A stretch of DNA of 64,000 nucleotides from Novosphingobium sp. GTDB taxonomy: Bacteria; Pseudomonadota; Alphaproteobacteria; Sphingomonadales; Sphingomonadaceae. Shown here piece by piece: positions 36,141-46,704 of this stretch. A program made the translations under genes and the position numbers. Location of the stretch: NCBI GenBank assembly GCA_041909515.1, contig JAYRDH010000008.1:905-64904 (forward strand). Reading direction: 5' to 3'. The first letter of the stretch is position 1. Every line of letters begins with the position of its first letter. The notes beneath the pieces were generated by a model. It did no database searches. It was not told the DNA's origin and saw nothing but the letters and a program-made list of their open reading frames with translations.

Positions 36141-37514
36141 ATGGCAATCGAGATTCCTGAAGCCCGTAAAGTTGGCATGGTCAGCCTGGGCTGTCCCAAG
36201 GCGCTGGTCGACAGCGAACGCATCCTCACCCGGCTGCGCGCCGATGGCTATGCCATGAGCGCGGACTATGCCGGGGCCGACGTCGTGCTGGTCAACACTT
36301 GCGGGTTCCTCGATTCCGCCAAAGAGGAAAGCCTGGCCGCGATTGGCGAGGCGATTGCCGAAAACGGCCGCGTGATCGTGACCGGGTGCATGGGCAGCGA
36401 AGCGGAGTTGATCCGCGCGAAGTTCCCCGATGTGCTGGCCGTCACCGGCGCGCACCAGTATGAAGCCGTGGTCGAGGCCGTGCACGAAGCCGCGCCGCCC
36501 AGCCAAGGCCCGTTCGTCGACCTGATCCCGCAGCCGTCAGACACGGACATCAAGCTGACCCCGCGCCATTACAGCTATCTGAAGATTTCCGAGGGCTGCA
36601 ACCACGCCTGCGCGTTCTGCATCATCCCGCAGCTGCGCGGCAAGCTGGCCAGCCGCCGGATCGACGCGGTGCTGCGCGAAGCGGAAAAGCTGGTTGCGGC
36701 GGGCACCAAGGAACTGCTGGTGATCAGCCAGGACACCTCGGCCTATGGCGTCGATGTGCGGCACGAGGAACGGACATGGAAAGGCCGCCAGGTCCGCACC
36801 CACATGACCGACCTCGCCCGCGAGCTCGGCCAGTTGCGCACGCCCGAAGGCCACGCGCCGTGGGTGCGGCTGCACTATGTCTATCCCTATCCCCACGTCG
36901 ACGCGGTGATCCCGTTGATGGCAGAGGGGCTGATCACGCCCTATCTGGACATTCCGTTCCAGCACGCCGCACCCAGCGTGCTGAAGGCCATGAAGCGCCC
37001 CGCAAACGAGGCGAAGGTACTCGAACGCCTGAAATCGTGGCGCGCAATTTGCCCGGACATTACCATCCGCTCCAGCTTCGTGGTCGGCTTCCCCGGCGAG
37101 ACGGAGGAGGATTTCCAGTACCTGCTCGACTGGCTGGACGAGGCCCAGCTGGACCGCGTCGGCGGTTTCCGGTTCGAACCCGTCGCGGGCGCTGCCGCCA
37201 ACGATCTGCCGAACCCGGTGCCCGAAGCGGTCAAGGAAGAGCGTTACCAGCGCCTGATGGAAAAGACCGCCGCGATCAGCGCCGCCAAGCTCGCCGCCAA
37301 GGTGGGCCGCACACTGCCCGTCATCATCGACGAAGTGGGCGAACCGGACGAGGACGGCGACATCGGCGCGACCGGGCGGTCACAGGCCGATGCCCCGGAA
37401 ATCGACGGCGCGGTGTACTTGCGCAACGTGCCCGCCAGCCTGAAGGCGGGCGACATCGTGCAGGTCGAGATCGAGGACGCCGACGCGCACGACCTGTTCG
37501 GGGTGATTGCCTGA
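36141..37514 (+). CDS. rimO: Ribosomal protein S12 methylthiotransferase RimO
   Basis: [18 protein letters not shown], radical [14 protein letters not shown]-terminal [12 protein letters not shown]. Confidence 0.97.
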   Translation: MAIEIPEARKVGMVSLGCPKALVDSERILTRLRADGYAMSADYAGADVVLVNTCGFLDSAKEESLAAIGEAIAENGRVIVTGCMGSEAELIRAKFPDVLAVTGAHQYEAVVEAVHEAAPPSQGPFVDLIPQPSDTDIKLTPRHYSYLKISEGCNHACAFCIIPQLRGKLASRRIDAVLREAEKLVAAGTKELLVISQDTSAYGVDVRHEERTWKGRQVRTHMTDLARELGQLRTPEGHAPWVRLHYVYPYPHVDAVIPLMAEGLITPYLDIPFQHAAPSVLKAMKRPANEAKVLERLKSWRAICPDITIRSSFVVGFPGETEEDFQYLLDWLDEAQLDRVGGFRFEPVAGAAANDLPNPVPEAVKEERYQRLMEKTAAISAAKLAAKVGRTLPVIIDEVGEPDEDGDIGATGRSQADAPEIDGAVYLRNVPASLKAGDIVQVEIEDADAHDLFGVIA

Positions 37515-37542
37515 GCGGCGGGGCGCGGATTGCGCCCCGCCT

Positions 37543-38541
37543 TCAGAACATCTTCGTGAGCGTATAGAACACCGCGCCCACCGCCGCGCTGGCGGGGATG
37601 GTGATGAACCACGCGGTCACCACGCGGCCCGCCACGCCCCAGCGCACCGCGCTGGCCTTGCGCGCGGCACCGGTACCGATGACCGAACCGGTGATGGCGT
37701 GGGTGGTCGATACCGGAATGCCCATCGCACTGGCCCCGAACACCACGATCGAACCCGCCGTCGAAGCACTGAACCCGGTGTGGTGGTTCAGCTTGGTCAG
37801 CTTGGTACCCATCGTCTTGATGATCTTCCACCCGCCCGACATCGTGCCCAGCGCGATTGCCGCATAGCAGGAAATCACGACCCATTCGGGCACGTGGAAT
37901 TCACCGTTCAGGTGGCCGGTGGAATAGAGCAGGACGGTGATGATCCCCATCGTCTTTTGCGCATCATTGCCGCCGTGGCTGATCGAATAGGCGGCCGAAC
38001 TGACCAGGTGGAGCGATTTGAACACCCCTTCGGCCCGGCGCGGCTGGAAGCCCTTGAACAGCCAGCTGGTCAGCAGCACCATGCCCATGGCCAGCACGAA
38101 CCCGATCACCGGTGACAGGAAGATCGCGATCACGGTTTTGGACGTGCCCGCACTTTCAACCACGCCGAACCCGCCATGGGCAATGCCCGCCCCCAGCAAC
38201 CCGCCGATCAGCGCGTGGCTGGACGATGACGGGATGCCCTTGATCCAGGTGACGACGTTCCAGAACATCGCTCCGATCAGCGCGCCGAACACCACCGCCG
38301 GGGTCACCGCATCCTTGTCGATGATCCCCTTGCCCACGGTTTCGGCCACGTGCAGCCCGACCAGCCAATAGGCCGCGAAGTTCCCGAACGCAGCGAACAG
38401 CACCGCCACGACCGGAGACAGCAACCGCGTGGACACCACGGTCGCGATGGAATTGGCCGCATCGTGCAGCCCGTTCAGAAAGTCGAATGCCAGCGCGATG
38501 GCGATCAGGCCGACGAGCAGCGGAAAGGCAAGCTCATGCAT
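37543..38541 (-). CDS. pit: Inorganic phosphate transporter, PiT family
   Basis: NGLHDAANSIAT and HGGNDAQKTMG signatures; GIPSSSSHA; PVSTTH. Confidence 0.96.
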   Translation of the reverse strand: MHELAFPLLVGLIAIALAFDFLNGLHDAANSIATVVSTRLLSPVVAVLFAAFGNFAAYWLVGLHVAETVGKGIIDKDAVTPAVVFGALIGAMFWNVVTWIKGIPSSSSHALIGGLLGAGIAHGGFGVVESAGTSKTVIAIFLSPVIGFVLAMGMVLLTSWLFKGFQPRRAEGVFKSLHLVSSAAYSISHGGNDAQKTMGIITVLLYSTGHLNGEFHVPEWVVISCYAAIALGTMSGGWKIIKTMGTKLTKLNHHTGFSASTAGSIVVFGASAMGIPVSTTHAITGSVIGTGAARKASAVRWGVAGRVVTAWFITIPASAAVGAVFYTLTKMF

Positions 38542-38566
38542 TGCCGGTATCCTTTGTCAGGCGCCC

Positions 38567-39214
38567 TCAGGCGTGGTCGATCACCAGGCTGTCGATTTCG
38601 TTCGCCACGTCCTCGAACGCGTCGGCGATGCGTTCCAGCCGCTTGTACAGCTCACGCGTGACCACGAAGGCGATCGGATCGGGATTGACCTTTTGCGCCT
38701 GAAACGCGGTCTTCATCCCGCTGTCGTGCAGGCCGTCAACCTGCCCTTCCAGCTGGACGATCCGGCCGGTCAGTTCATGCAGGCGGTGGCCGTTGCGCTC
38801 CACATCGCGCAGCAGTGGCACGGCTTCGGCGATCAGGCGGCTGGCATCCAGCGTCAGCTGCGCGATTTCCTTCATCGCGGGATCGAACTCGGTCACTTCG
38901 AACAATTCGATGGCCGAAGATGCCGCGTTCATTTCGTCGATGGTGTCATCCATCGCGCCGCTCAGCGCGGTGATCGCGCCGCGATCGAACGGGGTCAGGA
39001 AAGTCTGGCGGACTTCGTGCAGGGTCTGGCGGATCACTTCGTCCGCCGCATGTTCAAAATCATGGATCGCGCGCAAATGCGTGCTGCGATCCCCTTCGCC
39101 ATGAGTCAATTGCACCAGTGCTTCCGCCGCGCCGACCATGCTGGCCGCATGACGTTCGAACAACACGAAAAAGTCGCCAGACTTGGGCAGCAGGCGTTGA
39201 AACCAACCGAACAT
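38567..39214 (-). CDS. DUF47/PhoU-like Pit accessory protein (Pap)
   Basis: EHAADE...TFLTPFDRGAI...DDTID, EGQVD, D.FEDVANEI; upstream of pit. Confidence 0.92.
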   Translation of the reverse strand: MFGWFQRLLPKSGDFFVLFERHAASMVGAAEALVQLTHGEGDRSTHLRAIHDFEHAADEVIRQTLHEVRQTFLTPFDRGAITALSGAMDDTIDEMNAASSAIELFEVTEFDPAMKEIAQLTLDASRLIAEAVPLLRDVERNGHRLHELTGRIVQLEGQVDGLHDSGMKTAFQAQKVNPDPIAFVVTRELYKRLERIADAFEDVANEIDSLVIDHA

Positions 39215-39236
39215 TGCAGGTGTTCCCCCTCAGGAA

Positions 39237-39254
39237 TGTGACGGGCCTATGACA
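39237..39254 (-). promoter_or_regulatory. Pho box directly upstream of pap-pit
   Basis: Minus strand TGTCAT-AGGCC-CGTCACA; GTCAT and GTCAC 11 bp apart. Confidence 0.7.
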
Positions 39255-39332
39255 CTGAAATAGCAGATTCGACAGCACTAATCGCGCGTGCCCACAATTG
39301 CCGGGCCGCAGGTTTGCCCCTAGCCTGGGGCC

Positions 39333-40736
39333 ATGCTTCGCCTGACCATTGCTTTCGCTGCCCTGTGCCTGCCCGCCCTGGCTGCCGCTCAGCCCCTTAC
39401 CCCGGCGGAACGGGGCGCCATTGATCGCGCCGTAACCGGCACCTTGCGCGAAACGCGGGTGCCGTCGGCGCAGGTTGCCGTCGTGCGCGATGGCCAGCTG
39501 GTATTCCAGGGCGCGTGGGGCAAAGCGGCAGAGACGATCCCGCAGGCCCGGCCCGACCTGCCGTACCAGATCGCGTCCAATTCCAAGCAGTTCATCGCCG
39601 CACTGCTGCTGCTGCTGGAAAACGACGGCAAGCTGGGGCTGGATGATGTGGTGGCGCGCTGGCTGCCGGACGTTTCCGGGGCGGAGCGGATCACGCTGCG
39701 CCAACTTCTGTCGCATACGTCGGGCCTGCCCGATTACTGGCCGCACGACTTTGCCTTTGCCGCGACGGCAGAGCCGGTGACGCCTGACCAGATCATTGCC
39801 AGCTGGGGCCGCCAGCCGCTGGAATTCGAACCCGGCACGCGCTGGGAATATTCCAACACCGGCTATGTCGTTGCCGCCCGGATTGCCGAAATCGCGGGCG
39901 GTGCGCCGCTGTGGCAGCAACTGGACCAGCGCCTGTTCACCCCGCTGGGGATCAGGCCGTTGCCACTGGATGACACCAACACTGCCGGGTTTCCGCAAGG
40001 CTATCACCGCTATGCCAGTGGCCCGGTCCGCCCGGCCCGGCCAACCGCGCACGGCTGGCTGTGGGCGGCGGGCGAACTGTCGATGACCGCCGCCGACCTT
40101 GCCCGCTGGAACATCGCCCGGATAAACCGCGAAGTCCTGCCGCCGGAAGACTGGGAGCAGATGGAAACCCCTGTGCAACTGGCCGATGGGTCGCGCACCA
40201 CCTATGGCCTGGGCGTATCCCGGCGCAGCACGGGCGGGCGCACCCGGATCGACCATGGCGGCGAATCGGTCGGGTTCCTGTCGCAGAACGCCGTGTGGCT
40301 GGATCAGCGCACCGCCGTCACCGTGCTGACCAACGCCGATTATGGCGGTGCGGAAAACACCCTCACCAACCGGATCGCCGCCATCGTCCTGCCCAAGCTG
40401 CCCCCGGTTCCGGCGCGCGTGGCGGATACGGGCGGGCGGGTGAGCGAGATCCGGCACGTGCTGGCGGCGCTGGCTGGCGGCAGCATCGATCCGGCGCGCT
40501 TTACCCCCAACGCGCAGTATTACTTCAGCCCCGGTGCACTGGCCGATTACCGCACCAGCCTGTCGCCGCTGGGCGCGCCGCTGTCGATCACCAGCACCCG
40601 CTCTCCTTGGCTACGCGGCGGGTTTGTCGGCCGGGCCTATAGCGTGCGGTACAAGGGCCAGCGCTTTCGCCTGTCGACATATGCCGAACCGGGCGAGAAT
40701 GGCCGGTGGGAACAGTTCATTCTCTACGCGGATTAA
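39333..40736 (+). CDS. Exported serine hydrolase, beta-lactamase/PBP-like family, with C-terminal extension
   Basis: Signal peptide; SxxK (ASNSK), YSN (WEYSNTGY), HGG. Confidence 0.9.
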   Translation: MLRLTIAFAALCLPALAAAQPLTPAERGAIDRAVTGTLRETRVPSAQVAVVRDGQLVFQGAWGKAAETIPQARPDLPYQIASNSKQFIAALLLLLENDGKLGLDDVVARWLPDVSGAERITLRQLLSHTSGLPDYWPHDFAFAATAEPVTPDQIIASWGRQPLEFEPGTRWEYSNTGYVVAARIAEIAGGAPLWQQLDQRLFTPLGIRPLPLDDTNTAGFPQGYHRYASGPVRPARPTAHGWLWAAGELSMTAADLARWNIARINREVLPPEDWEQMETPVQLADGSRTTYGLGVSRRSTGGRTRIDHGGESVGFLSQNAVWLDQRTAVTVLTNADYGGAENTLTNRIAAIVLPKLPPVPARVADTGGRVSEIRHVLAALAGGSIDPARFTPNAQYYFSPGALADYRTSLSPLGAPLSITSTRSPWLRGGFVGRAYSVRYKGQRFRLSTYAEPGENGRWEQFILYAD

Positions 40737-41707
40737 AGCCAGCCGATCCGCCTGAACCGCACATAGAGCCCGCCGCAGACGGCGAAGATCAGGCCCAGCA
40801 CGGCGGGATAGCCCCAGCGTTCGCGCAGTTCGGGCATATAGTCAAAGTTCATGCCGTAAATGCCGGCAATCGCGGTCGGCACGGCCAGAATTGCGGCCCA
40901 GGCGGCCAGTTGCCGGGTCATCTGGCCCTGCCGGTGCTGTTCCAGCAGGCTGGCGGTTTCGACGATGCTGGCCAGCGTTTCCATCAGGCCCACCATCCGC
41001 CGCAAATTGCGCCGGACATGATCCTGCACGTCGCGGAACCAGACGCGCGCCGCGGGATCAATCACCGGCAATTCGACCGTGGCCAGCCGTTCGCTCATTT
41101 CCTCCATCGGCCCGACGACCCGCTGGAACCGGCGCAGTTGCCGGCGCAGGCGGAAGATGCGGCGGATCGTGGATGGTTCGGGGAACGTGTCGATCGCCCG
41201 CTCCTCCATGTCCTGCACGGCGCCTTCCAGCTGCTCCATGATCGGCTGATAGCCATCGACGATGTAGTCGAGGATCGCGTGCGCGACATAGTCCGGTCCT
41301 TCGGCCAGCCGCTGCGCATCCGCTTCCAGCCGGGCGCGCAGCGCGGTGTGGGATCGGGTCGATCCGAACCGCACCGTCACCAGGAAGTCCGGCCCCAGGA
41401 ACAGCGCGGTCTGGCCAAAGCCGATCTTCTCCCCCTCCTCGATCATCGCGGTGCGCGCGATGATGAACAGGGTCTGCCCATAGGCTTCGACCTTGGGCAG
41501 CTGCATCGGGTTCAGGGCATCCTCCACCGCCAGCGGGTGCAGGCCGAACTGGCGGCGGGCCAGTTCCATCTCCGCCTCATCCGGTTCGGCCAGGCCGACC
41601 CAGTCGAACGCGCGGGCGGGCACCTTGCCGCGCGGCCGGCCGGTCAGCGCCAGGGCGGTTTCAACCGGCTGACCGGCGGCATAGCGGCGGGCTGCGATGA
41701 TTGCCAT
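40733..41707 (-). CDS. corA: CorA-family Mg2+/Co2+ transporter
   Basis: FGLHPLAVEDA, YGMNFDYMPEL, two C-terminal TM helices. Confidence 0.93.
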   Translation of the reverse strand: MAIIAARRYAAGQPVETALALTGRPRGKVPARAFDWVGLAEPDEAEMELARRQFGLHPLAVEDALNPMQLPKVEAYGQTLFIIARTAMIEEGEKIGFGQTALFLGPDFLVTVRFGSTRSHTALRARLEADAQRLAEGPDYVAHAILDYIVDGYQPIMEQLEGAVQDMEERAIDTFPEPSTIRRIFRLRRQLRRFQRVVGPMEEMSERLATVELPVIDPAARVWFRDVQDHVRRNLRRMVGLMETLASIVETASLLEQHRQGQMTRQLAAWAAILAVPTAIAGIYGMNFDYMPELRERWGYPAVLGLIFAVCGGLYVRFRRIGWL

Positions 41708-41813
41708 TGCATCGCAGTGCCAAACCCGCATGATGCTGGCAATCCCGCGCGTCTTGCGATACGTACGGCAATGAAACTTACAACAATGTCAATTTACCGG
41801 GGAGAGCCGGACC

Positions 41814-43322
41814 ATGAACGCCCTTACGCCCATCGAGGCCACTACAACGACCGAGGAATGCCTTGACGTCCTGATCGTCGGCGCCGGGATTTCCGGCATC
41901 GGCATGGCCGTCCACTTGCGCAAGGATTGCCCGAACAAGAGCTTTGCGATCCTCGACCGGCGCGAGCAGCTGGGTGGCACGTGGGACCTGTTCCGTTATC
42001 CCGGCATCCGGTCGGACAGCGACATGCACACGCTAGGTTTTGCCTTTGCCCCGTGGAAGCATGAAAAGTCGATCGCCGACGGCCCCGCGATCCTCGACTA
42101 CCTGAACGACATCACCGCCGAATACGATCTGCGCCCCCACATGCGCTTTGGCCAGAAAGTGATCGCGGCCGACTGGGACAGCGATACCGCCCGCTGGACC
42201 GTGACAACCGAAGCCGCCGACGGCACGATGAGCCGCGTCCAGGGCCGGTTCCTGTTCCTGGGGTCGGGCTATTACGATTACGACGATCCCTATGACGCCG
42301 GCTTCAAGGGGCGCGAGGATTTCAAGGGCCAGATCATCCACCCTCAGTTCTGGCCGAAGGATTTCGACTATACCGGCAAGAAGGTCGTCGTGATCGGATC
42401 GGGCGCCACTGCCGTGACCATCGTGCCGTCGATGGCGCATGGCGGCGCAGGCCATGTCACCATGCTGCAACGCACCCCCACGTGGATGGCCAGCCGCCCC
42501 GCGCGCGACGGGATTGCCAATACCCTGCGCAAGTTCCTGCCGGAAAAGGTCGCCTATACGCTGACCCGCGCCAAGAACATCTTCCTGCAGGACCTGATGT
42601 TCAAACGCGCCCGCAACGCGCCGGAAAAGGTCAAGGAATTCCTGACCAATCAGGTGAAGCAGAACCTGGGTGACAATTACGATCCACAGGCCTTCACCCC
42701 GCCCTATGATCCGTGGGATCAGCGCCTGTGCCTGGTGCCTGACGCCGATTTCTTCACCGCGATCAATCAGGGCAAGGCCTCGGTCGTGACCGACCATGTC
42801 GAATGCTTCGACGAAACCGGGATCAAGCTGAAATCGGGCAAGCATCTGGACGCCGACGTGATCGTCACCGCAACGGGCCTGAAAATGGTGTTCGCGGGCA
42901 AGATCGCGTGCAGCGTCGATGGCCAGCCGATCGATTTTTCAAACACGTTCTATTACCGCAACTGCATGTTCTCCAACGTGCCGAACATGGCCGGGGCGTT
43001 CGGCTATCTCAACGCGTCGTGGACGCTGCGGGTGGACATCATCGGCGATTACCTGACCCGGTTGCTGAACGCGATGGACGCCAACAAGGTGCAGATCGCT
43101 GTCCCCGCCCTGCCCGACGACCAGCGCCCGGATGAGGACGACGTGTTCGATTTCTCGTCCGGCTATATCCAGCGGGCCAAGCACATCATGCCGCGCAACG
43201 CGCCAACGCTGCCCTGGCGGCTCAATCAGGAATACCGCAAGGACAAGCAGGACATGCGCCACGCCCCGATCGACGATGGCGTAATGCAGTTCCGCCGGGT
43301 CCGCGCAAAAGTTGATGCATAA
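41814..43322 (+). CDS. Baeyer-Villiger-type flavin monooxygenase (EthA/AlmA-like)
   Basis: GAGISG, GGTWDLFRYPGIRSDSD, FKGQIIHPQFW fingerprint, GSGATA. Confidence 0.93.
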   Translation: MNALTPIEATTTTEECLDVLIVGAGISGIGMAVHLRKDCPNKSFAILDRREQLGGTWDLFRYPGIRSDSDMHTLGFAFAPWKHEKSIADGPAILDYLNDITAEYDLRPHMRFGQKVIAADWDSDTARWTVTTEAADGTMSRVQGRFLFLGSGYYDYDDPYDAGFKGREDFKGQIIHPQFWPKDFDYTGKKVVVIGSGATAVTIVPSMAHGGAGHVTMLQRTPTWMASRPARDGIANTLRKFLPEKVAYTLTRAKNIFLQDLMFKRARNAPEKVKEFLTNQVKQNLGDNYDPQAFTPPYDPWDQRLCLVPDADFFTAINQGKASVVTDHVECFDETGIKLKSGKHLDADVIVTATGLKMVFAGKIACSVDGQPIDFSNTFYYRNCMFSNVPNMAGAFGYLNASWTLRVDIIGDYLTRLLNAMDANKVQIAVPALPDDQRPDEDDVFDFSSGYIQRAKHIMPRNAPTLPWRLNQEYRKDKQDMRHAPIDDGVMQFRRVRAKVDA

Positions 43323-43376
43323 GTTAGCCGAAAGGACCCTTGCGTAATGGCGCGGTTGCCGTAACGCTTGGGGCCT

Positions 43377-44138
43377 ATGGCTGAAACCGCACGCATCTGG
43401 ACCGCCGCCCTGCTTGTCATCGGGGACGAGATTCTTTCTGGCCGCACGCAGGACAAGAACGTGGCGCAAGTCGCTACCTGGCTCAATGTGCAGGGCATCC
43501 GCCTGCGCGAAGTGCGCGTGGTGGCCGATGACATGGACGCCATTGTCGAGGCGGTGAACACCCTGCGCGCGCGCAACGATTACCTGTTCACCACCGGCGG
43601 AATCGGCCCGACCCACGATGACATCACCGTGGACGCCATCGCGCAGGCGCTGGGCGTGGACGTGGTGATTCACCCCGATGCCCGCGCCATTCTGGAAGGA
43701 TACTACGCCACGCGCGGCGGGTTGAACGAGGCACGGCTGCGCATGGCCCGCGTGCCGGATGGCGCCAGCCTGATTCCCAACCGGATGTCCGGCGCACCAG
43801 GCATCCAGCACGGCAATATCTTCATCATGGCGGGCGTACCCAGCATCACTGCCGGGATGCTCGATGCCCTTACCGGCACGCTCGAAGGCGGCCTGCCCGT
43901 CCTCTCCACCACGGTTGGCTGCTGGGTCGCCGAAAGCGAGATCGCCGATCTGCTGCGCGAGACGGAGCGGCTCCACGACGATTGCCAGATCGGCAGCTAT
44001 CCGTTCTTCCGCGATGGCCGCGTCGGCGCGAACTTCGTGATCCGTTCCACCAGTGCGGCCATCCTCGAAGACGTCAGCACCGCCCTTGCCACGGGCCTGA
44101 CTGCACTGGGCCGGGAAGCGGTCGCGGGTGGCATCTAG
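43377..44138 (+). CDS. Molybdopterin-binding-domain protein (CinA N-terminal / FAD synthase-like)
   Basis: LVIGDEILSGRTQDKN, TTGGIGPTHDDIT, MAGVP, IGSYP; no CinA C-terminal deamidase domain. Confidence 0.9.
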   Translation: MAETARIWTAALLVIGDEILSGRTQDKNVAQVATWLNVQGIRLREVRVVADDMDAIVEAVNTLRARNDYLFTTGGIGPTHDDITVDAIAQALGVDVVIHPDARAILEGYYATRGGLNEARLRMARVPDGASLIPNRMSGAPGIQHGNIFIMAGVPSITAGMLDALTGTLEGGLPVLSTTVGCWVAESEIADLLRETERLHDDCQIGSYPFFRDGRVGANFVIRSTSAAILEDVSTALATGLTALGREAVAGGI

Positions 44139-44676
44139 GGCGGTTCCGGGTCTGGCCGCACTGGTGCTTGGCGCTTGCGCCGCACCGCAGCCGGACCTGC
44201 TGGACCAGTTCGAGGCAACCCTCGCCGCGCAGGACAGTGCCACCGCCGCGTTGGGTACGTGGTGCGCCGCGCGCGGTATCGCCGCACCGCCCCGCATCAG
44301 CGCCGAGGTGCTGCCCGGCGGAATGCGGTCCGATCCGCACGACCTTTCCGCCCTGCTGCAACTGACCGCCCCGCCCGGTTATCGCCATGTCCGGCTGACC
44401 TGCGGGGGCCGCGTGCTGTCGGAAGCCCACAACTGGTATGTGCCGCAGCGCCTGAGCCCGGCGATGAACGCCGCGCTCGCCGCCAGCGATGTGCCATTCG
44501 GCAAAGTCGCCGCACCGCTGCGCTATAGCCGTCAGCGGTTGTCCAGCCAGCGCGGGGCCGGGCCGGGCTGCCCGGCCGACACGATCCTGACCCACCGCGC
44601 ATTGCTGCGTCTGCCCGATGGCGCGCCGCTGGCGCTGGTCACGGAATGCTATACCCCCGCCAACCTGCGACGCTGA
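44128..44676 (+). CDS. Putative lipoprotein with chorismate-lyase/UTRA-like fold
   Basis: Lipobox-like LVLGAC; SAT..L, RHVRL.CG..LSEA.NW, PFGK, LVTECY pattern; GTG start overlapping the upstream stop. Confidence 0.6.
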   Translation: MASRAVPGLAALVLGACAAPQPDLLDQFEATLAAQDSATAALGTWCAARGIAAPPRISAEVLPGGMRSDPHDLSALLQLTAPPGYRHVRLTCGGRVLSEAHNWYVPQRLSPAMNAALAASDVPFGKVAAPLRYSRQRLSSQRGAGPGCPADTILTHRALLRLPDGAPLALVTECYTPANLRR

Positions 44677-44773
44677 TGCGCTCCCACCCCGCTCAGGCTG
44701 AGCGGACTTCGGGGACGGTCGAAGCAGTGTCTTGCGATATCCGCGTTGGCCCGCGCCTCAGCCACCCGTCCAC

Positions 44774-44813
44774 AAACGAAAGGGCCGGGAAGGTTTCCCC
44801 TCCCGGCCCGTTC
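44774..44813 (-). terminator. Terminator after rplA
   Basis: gggccggga / tcccggccc stem; minus-strand TTTCGTTT tail. Confidence 0.7.
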
Positions 44814-44834
44814 AGTGCGCGTGTCGCGGCTGGA

Positions 44835-45536
44835 TCAGGCGCCCGGCACTTCGGTCAGGTCAACCTTGATGCCCGGACCCATCGACGAGGACAGGCCGAT
44901 CTTGCGAACGTACTTGCCCTTCGAACCCGACGGCTTCGCCTTGACGATCGCGTCGACGAACGCGTCGAAGTTGGCCTTCAGCTGTTCGTTGGTGAACGAC
45001 AGCTTGCCCAGACCGCCATGGATGATCCCGGCCTTTTCGACGCGGAATTCCACCTGGCCGCTCTTGGCCGCCTTGACGGCGTCGGCGACGTTCGGGGTGA
45101 CGGTGCCCAGCTTCGGGTTCGGCATCAGGCCCTTGGGCCCCAGCACCTTGCCGAGACGGCCGACGACACCCATCATGTCCGGCGTAGCGATCACGCGGCC
45201 ATAATCGAGGTTACCGGCCTGCATATCTTCCAGCAGGTCTTCGGCGCCAACCTTGTCCGCACCAGCGGCCAGAGCGGCTTCAGCCTTGTCGCCGCGTGCG
45301 AACACGGCAACCTTGACGTCCTTGCCGGTGCCCGAAGGCAGCACGACCATGCCGCGCACCATCTGGTCGGCGTGACGCGGATCAACGCCCAGGTTCAGCG
45401 AGACTTCCAGGCTCTCGTCGAACTTGGCGCTCTTGAGGTCCTTCAGCAGCTGGATGGCTTCATCGACGCCATAGAGCTTCTGATTGTCGCCCAGCTTTTC
45501 AACGAGGGCCTTCTGCTTCTTGGTCTGCTTGGCCAT
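44835..45536 (-). CDS. rplA: 50S ribosomal protein L1
   Basis: [45 protein letters not shown]. Confidence 0.99.
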   Translation of the reverse strand: MAKQTKKQKALVEKLGDNQKLYGVDEAIQLLKDLKSAKFDESLEVSLNLGVDPRHADQMVRGMVVLPSGTGKDVKVAVFARGDKAEAALAAGADKVGAEDLLEDMQAGNLDYGRVIATPDMMGVVGRLGKVLGPKGLMPNPKLGTVTPNVADAVKAAKSGQVEFRVEKAGIIHGGLGKLSFTNEQLKANFDAFVDAIVKAKPSGSKGKYVRKIGLSSSMGPGIKVDLTEVPGA

Positions 45537-45540
45537 GTTC

Positions 45541-45972
45541 TCAGCCCTCCACAACCTGGAGGCCCATCGCGCGAGCGGAGCCTTCGATGATCTTGGTGGC
45601 GGCTTCAATGTCGTTGGCATTGAGGTCAGCCATCTTGGTCTGGGCGATTTCCGCCAGCTGCGAACGCTTGATCGTTCCCGCGCTGACCTTGCCCGGCTCC
45701 TTCGAACCCGACTTCAGGCCAGCGGCCTTCTTGATCAGGAACGAGGCCGGCGGCGTCTTGGTTACGAAGCTGAACGAGCGGTCCGCATAGACGGTGATCA
45801 CCGTCGGGATCGGCATGCCCTTTTCCAGTTCCTGCGTCGCGGCGTTGAACGCCTTGCAGAATTCCATGATGTTGACGCCGCGCTGACCCAGCGCCGGACC
45901 GATCGGCGGCGAGGGGGTGGCGCTGCCAGCTGCGACCTGCAGCTTGATATAGCCTTCAATTTTCTTGGCCAT
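45541..45972 (-). CDS. rplK: 50S ribosomal protein L11
   Basis: [41 protein letters not shown]. Confidence 0.99.
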   Translation of the reverse strand: MAKKIEGYIKLQVAAGSATPSPPIGPALGQRGVNIMEFCKAFNAATQELEKGMPIPTVITVYADRSFSFVTKTPPASFLIKKAAGLKSGSKEPGKVSAGTIKRSQLAEIAQTKMADLNANDIEAATKIIEGSARAMGLQVVEG

Positions 45973-46060
45973 GGGTGGCCTCCTTTCTTCCTGTTGGACC
46001 GGCTGGCCGGCCCGCAGAGTGAGCGGTCAAACGGTGGCCCGAAGGCCCCCTTCCGCACGG
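45973..46060 (-). promoter_or_regulatory. Probable structured rplK-rplA leader (candidate L1 autoregulation site)
   Basis: Positional; hairpins ggcc-ttcg-ggcc and gccggccagccgg before the AGGAGG RBS; L1-binding consensus not verified. Confidence 0.35.
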
Positions 46061-46145
46061 AATCGCCCCGGCAAGGCCGGAACGAAGCGGCGCGCGTAGG
46101 CGAATACGCGCGCCTTTGCAACTGCCGGGTTGCCCCGGCAGGTGG

Positions 46146-46682
46146 TTACTTGGACAGTTCGACCTGTTCGAAGTCGAGTTCGACCGGCGTGGCGCGCCCG
46201 AAGATAGAGACCGACACTTTGACCCGGTTCTTGTCGAAGTCGAGTTCCTCGACCACGCCGGTGAAGCTGTTGAACGGCCCGTCCAGCACCTTGACCGAAT
46301 CCCCGATCTCGTAATCGACGCTGACGTGCTTCTTCGGTTCGGCCGCGGCGGCATCGCGCGCGCCGAAATAGCGGGCGGCTTCGCGGTCGGTGATCGCCTG
46401 CGGCTTGCCGTTCGGCCCCAGGAACCCGGTGACCTTGGCGGTGTTCTTGACGAGGTGATAGACGTCGTCGTTCAGGGTCAGCTTGGCCAGCACATAGCCG
46501 GGCATGGTCTTGCGTTCGACCTGGACCTTCTTGCCGCGCTTCACTTCGGTCGCGGTTTCGGACGGAACCTCGACCGCTTCGACCAGCGCTTCAAGGCCCA
46601 GGCGCTCCGCCTCGGCCAGGATCGAATCGCGGACCTTGTTCTCGAAGCCCGAATAGGCGTGGATGATATACCAGCGAGCCAT
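46146..46682 (-). CDS. nusG: Transcription termination/antitermination factor NusG
   Basis: MARWYIIHAYSGFE, PGYVL, VTGFLG, KOW GPFNSFTG, VSIFGRATPVEL. Confidence 0.99.
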   Translation of the reverse strand: MARWYIIHAYSGFENKVRDSILAEAERLGLEALVEAVEVPSETATEVKRGKKVQVERKTMPGYVLAKLTLNDDVYHLVKNTAKVTGFLGPNGKPQAITDREAARYFGARDAAAAEPKKHVSVDYEIGDSVKVLDGPFNSFTGVVEELDFDKNRVKVSVSIFGRATPVELDFEQVELSK

Positions 46683-46704
46683 GTGTCTCTCGTAACTTTC
46701 GAAA

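Noticed and set aside
39333-40736. Acquired beta-lactamase resistance gene
   Set aside because: Generic serine-hydrolase motifs, host-like codon usage and no mobile context; activity unknown.
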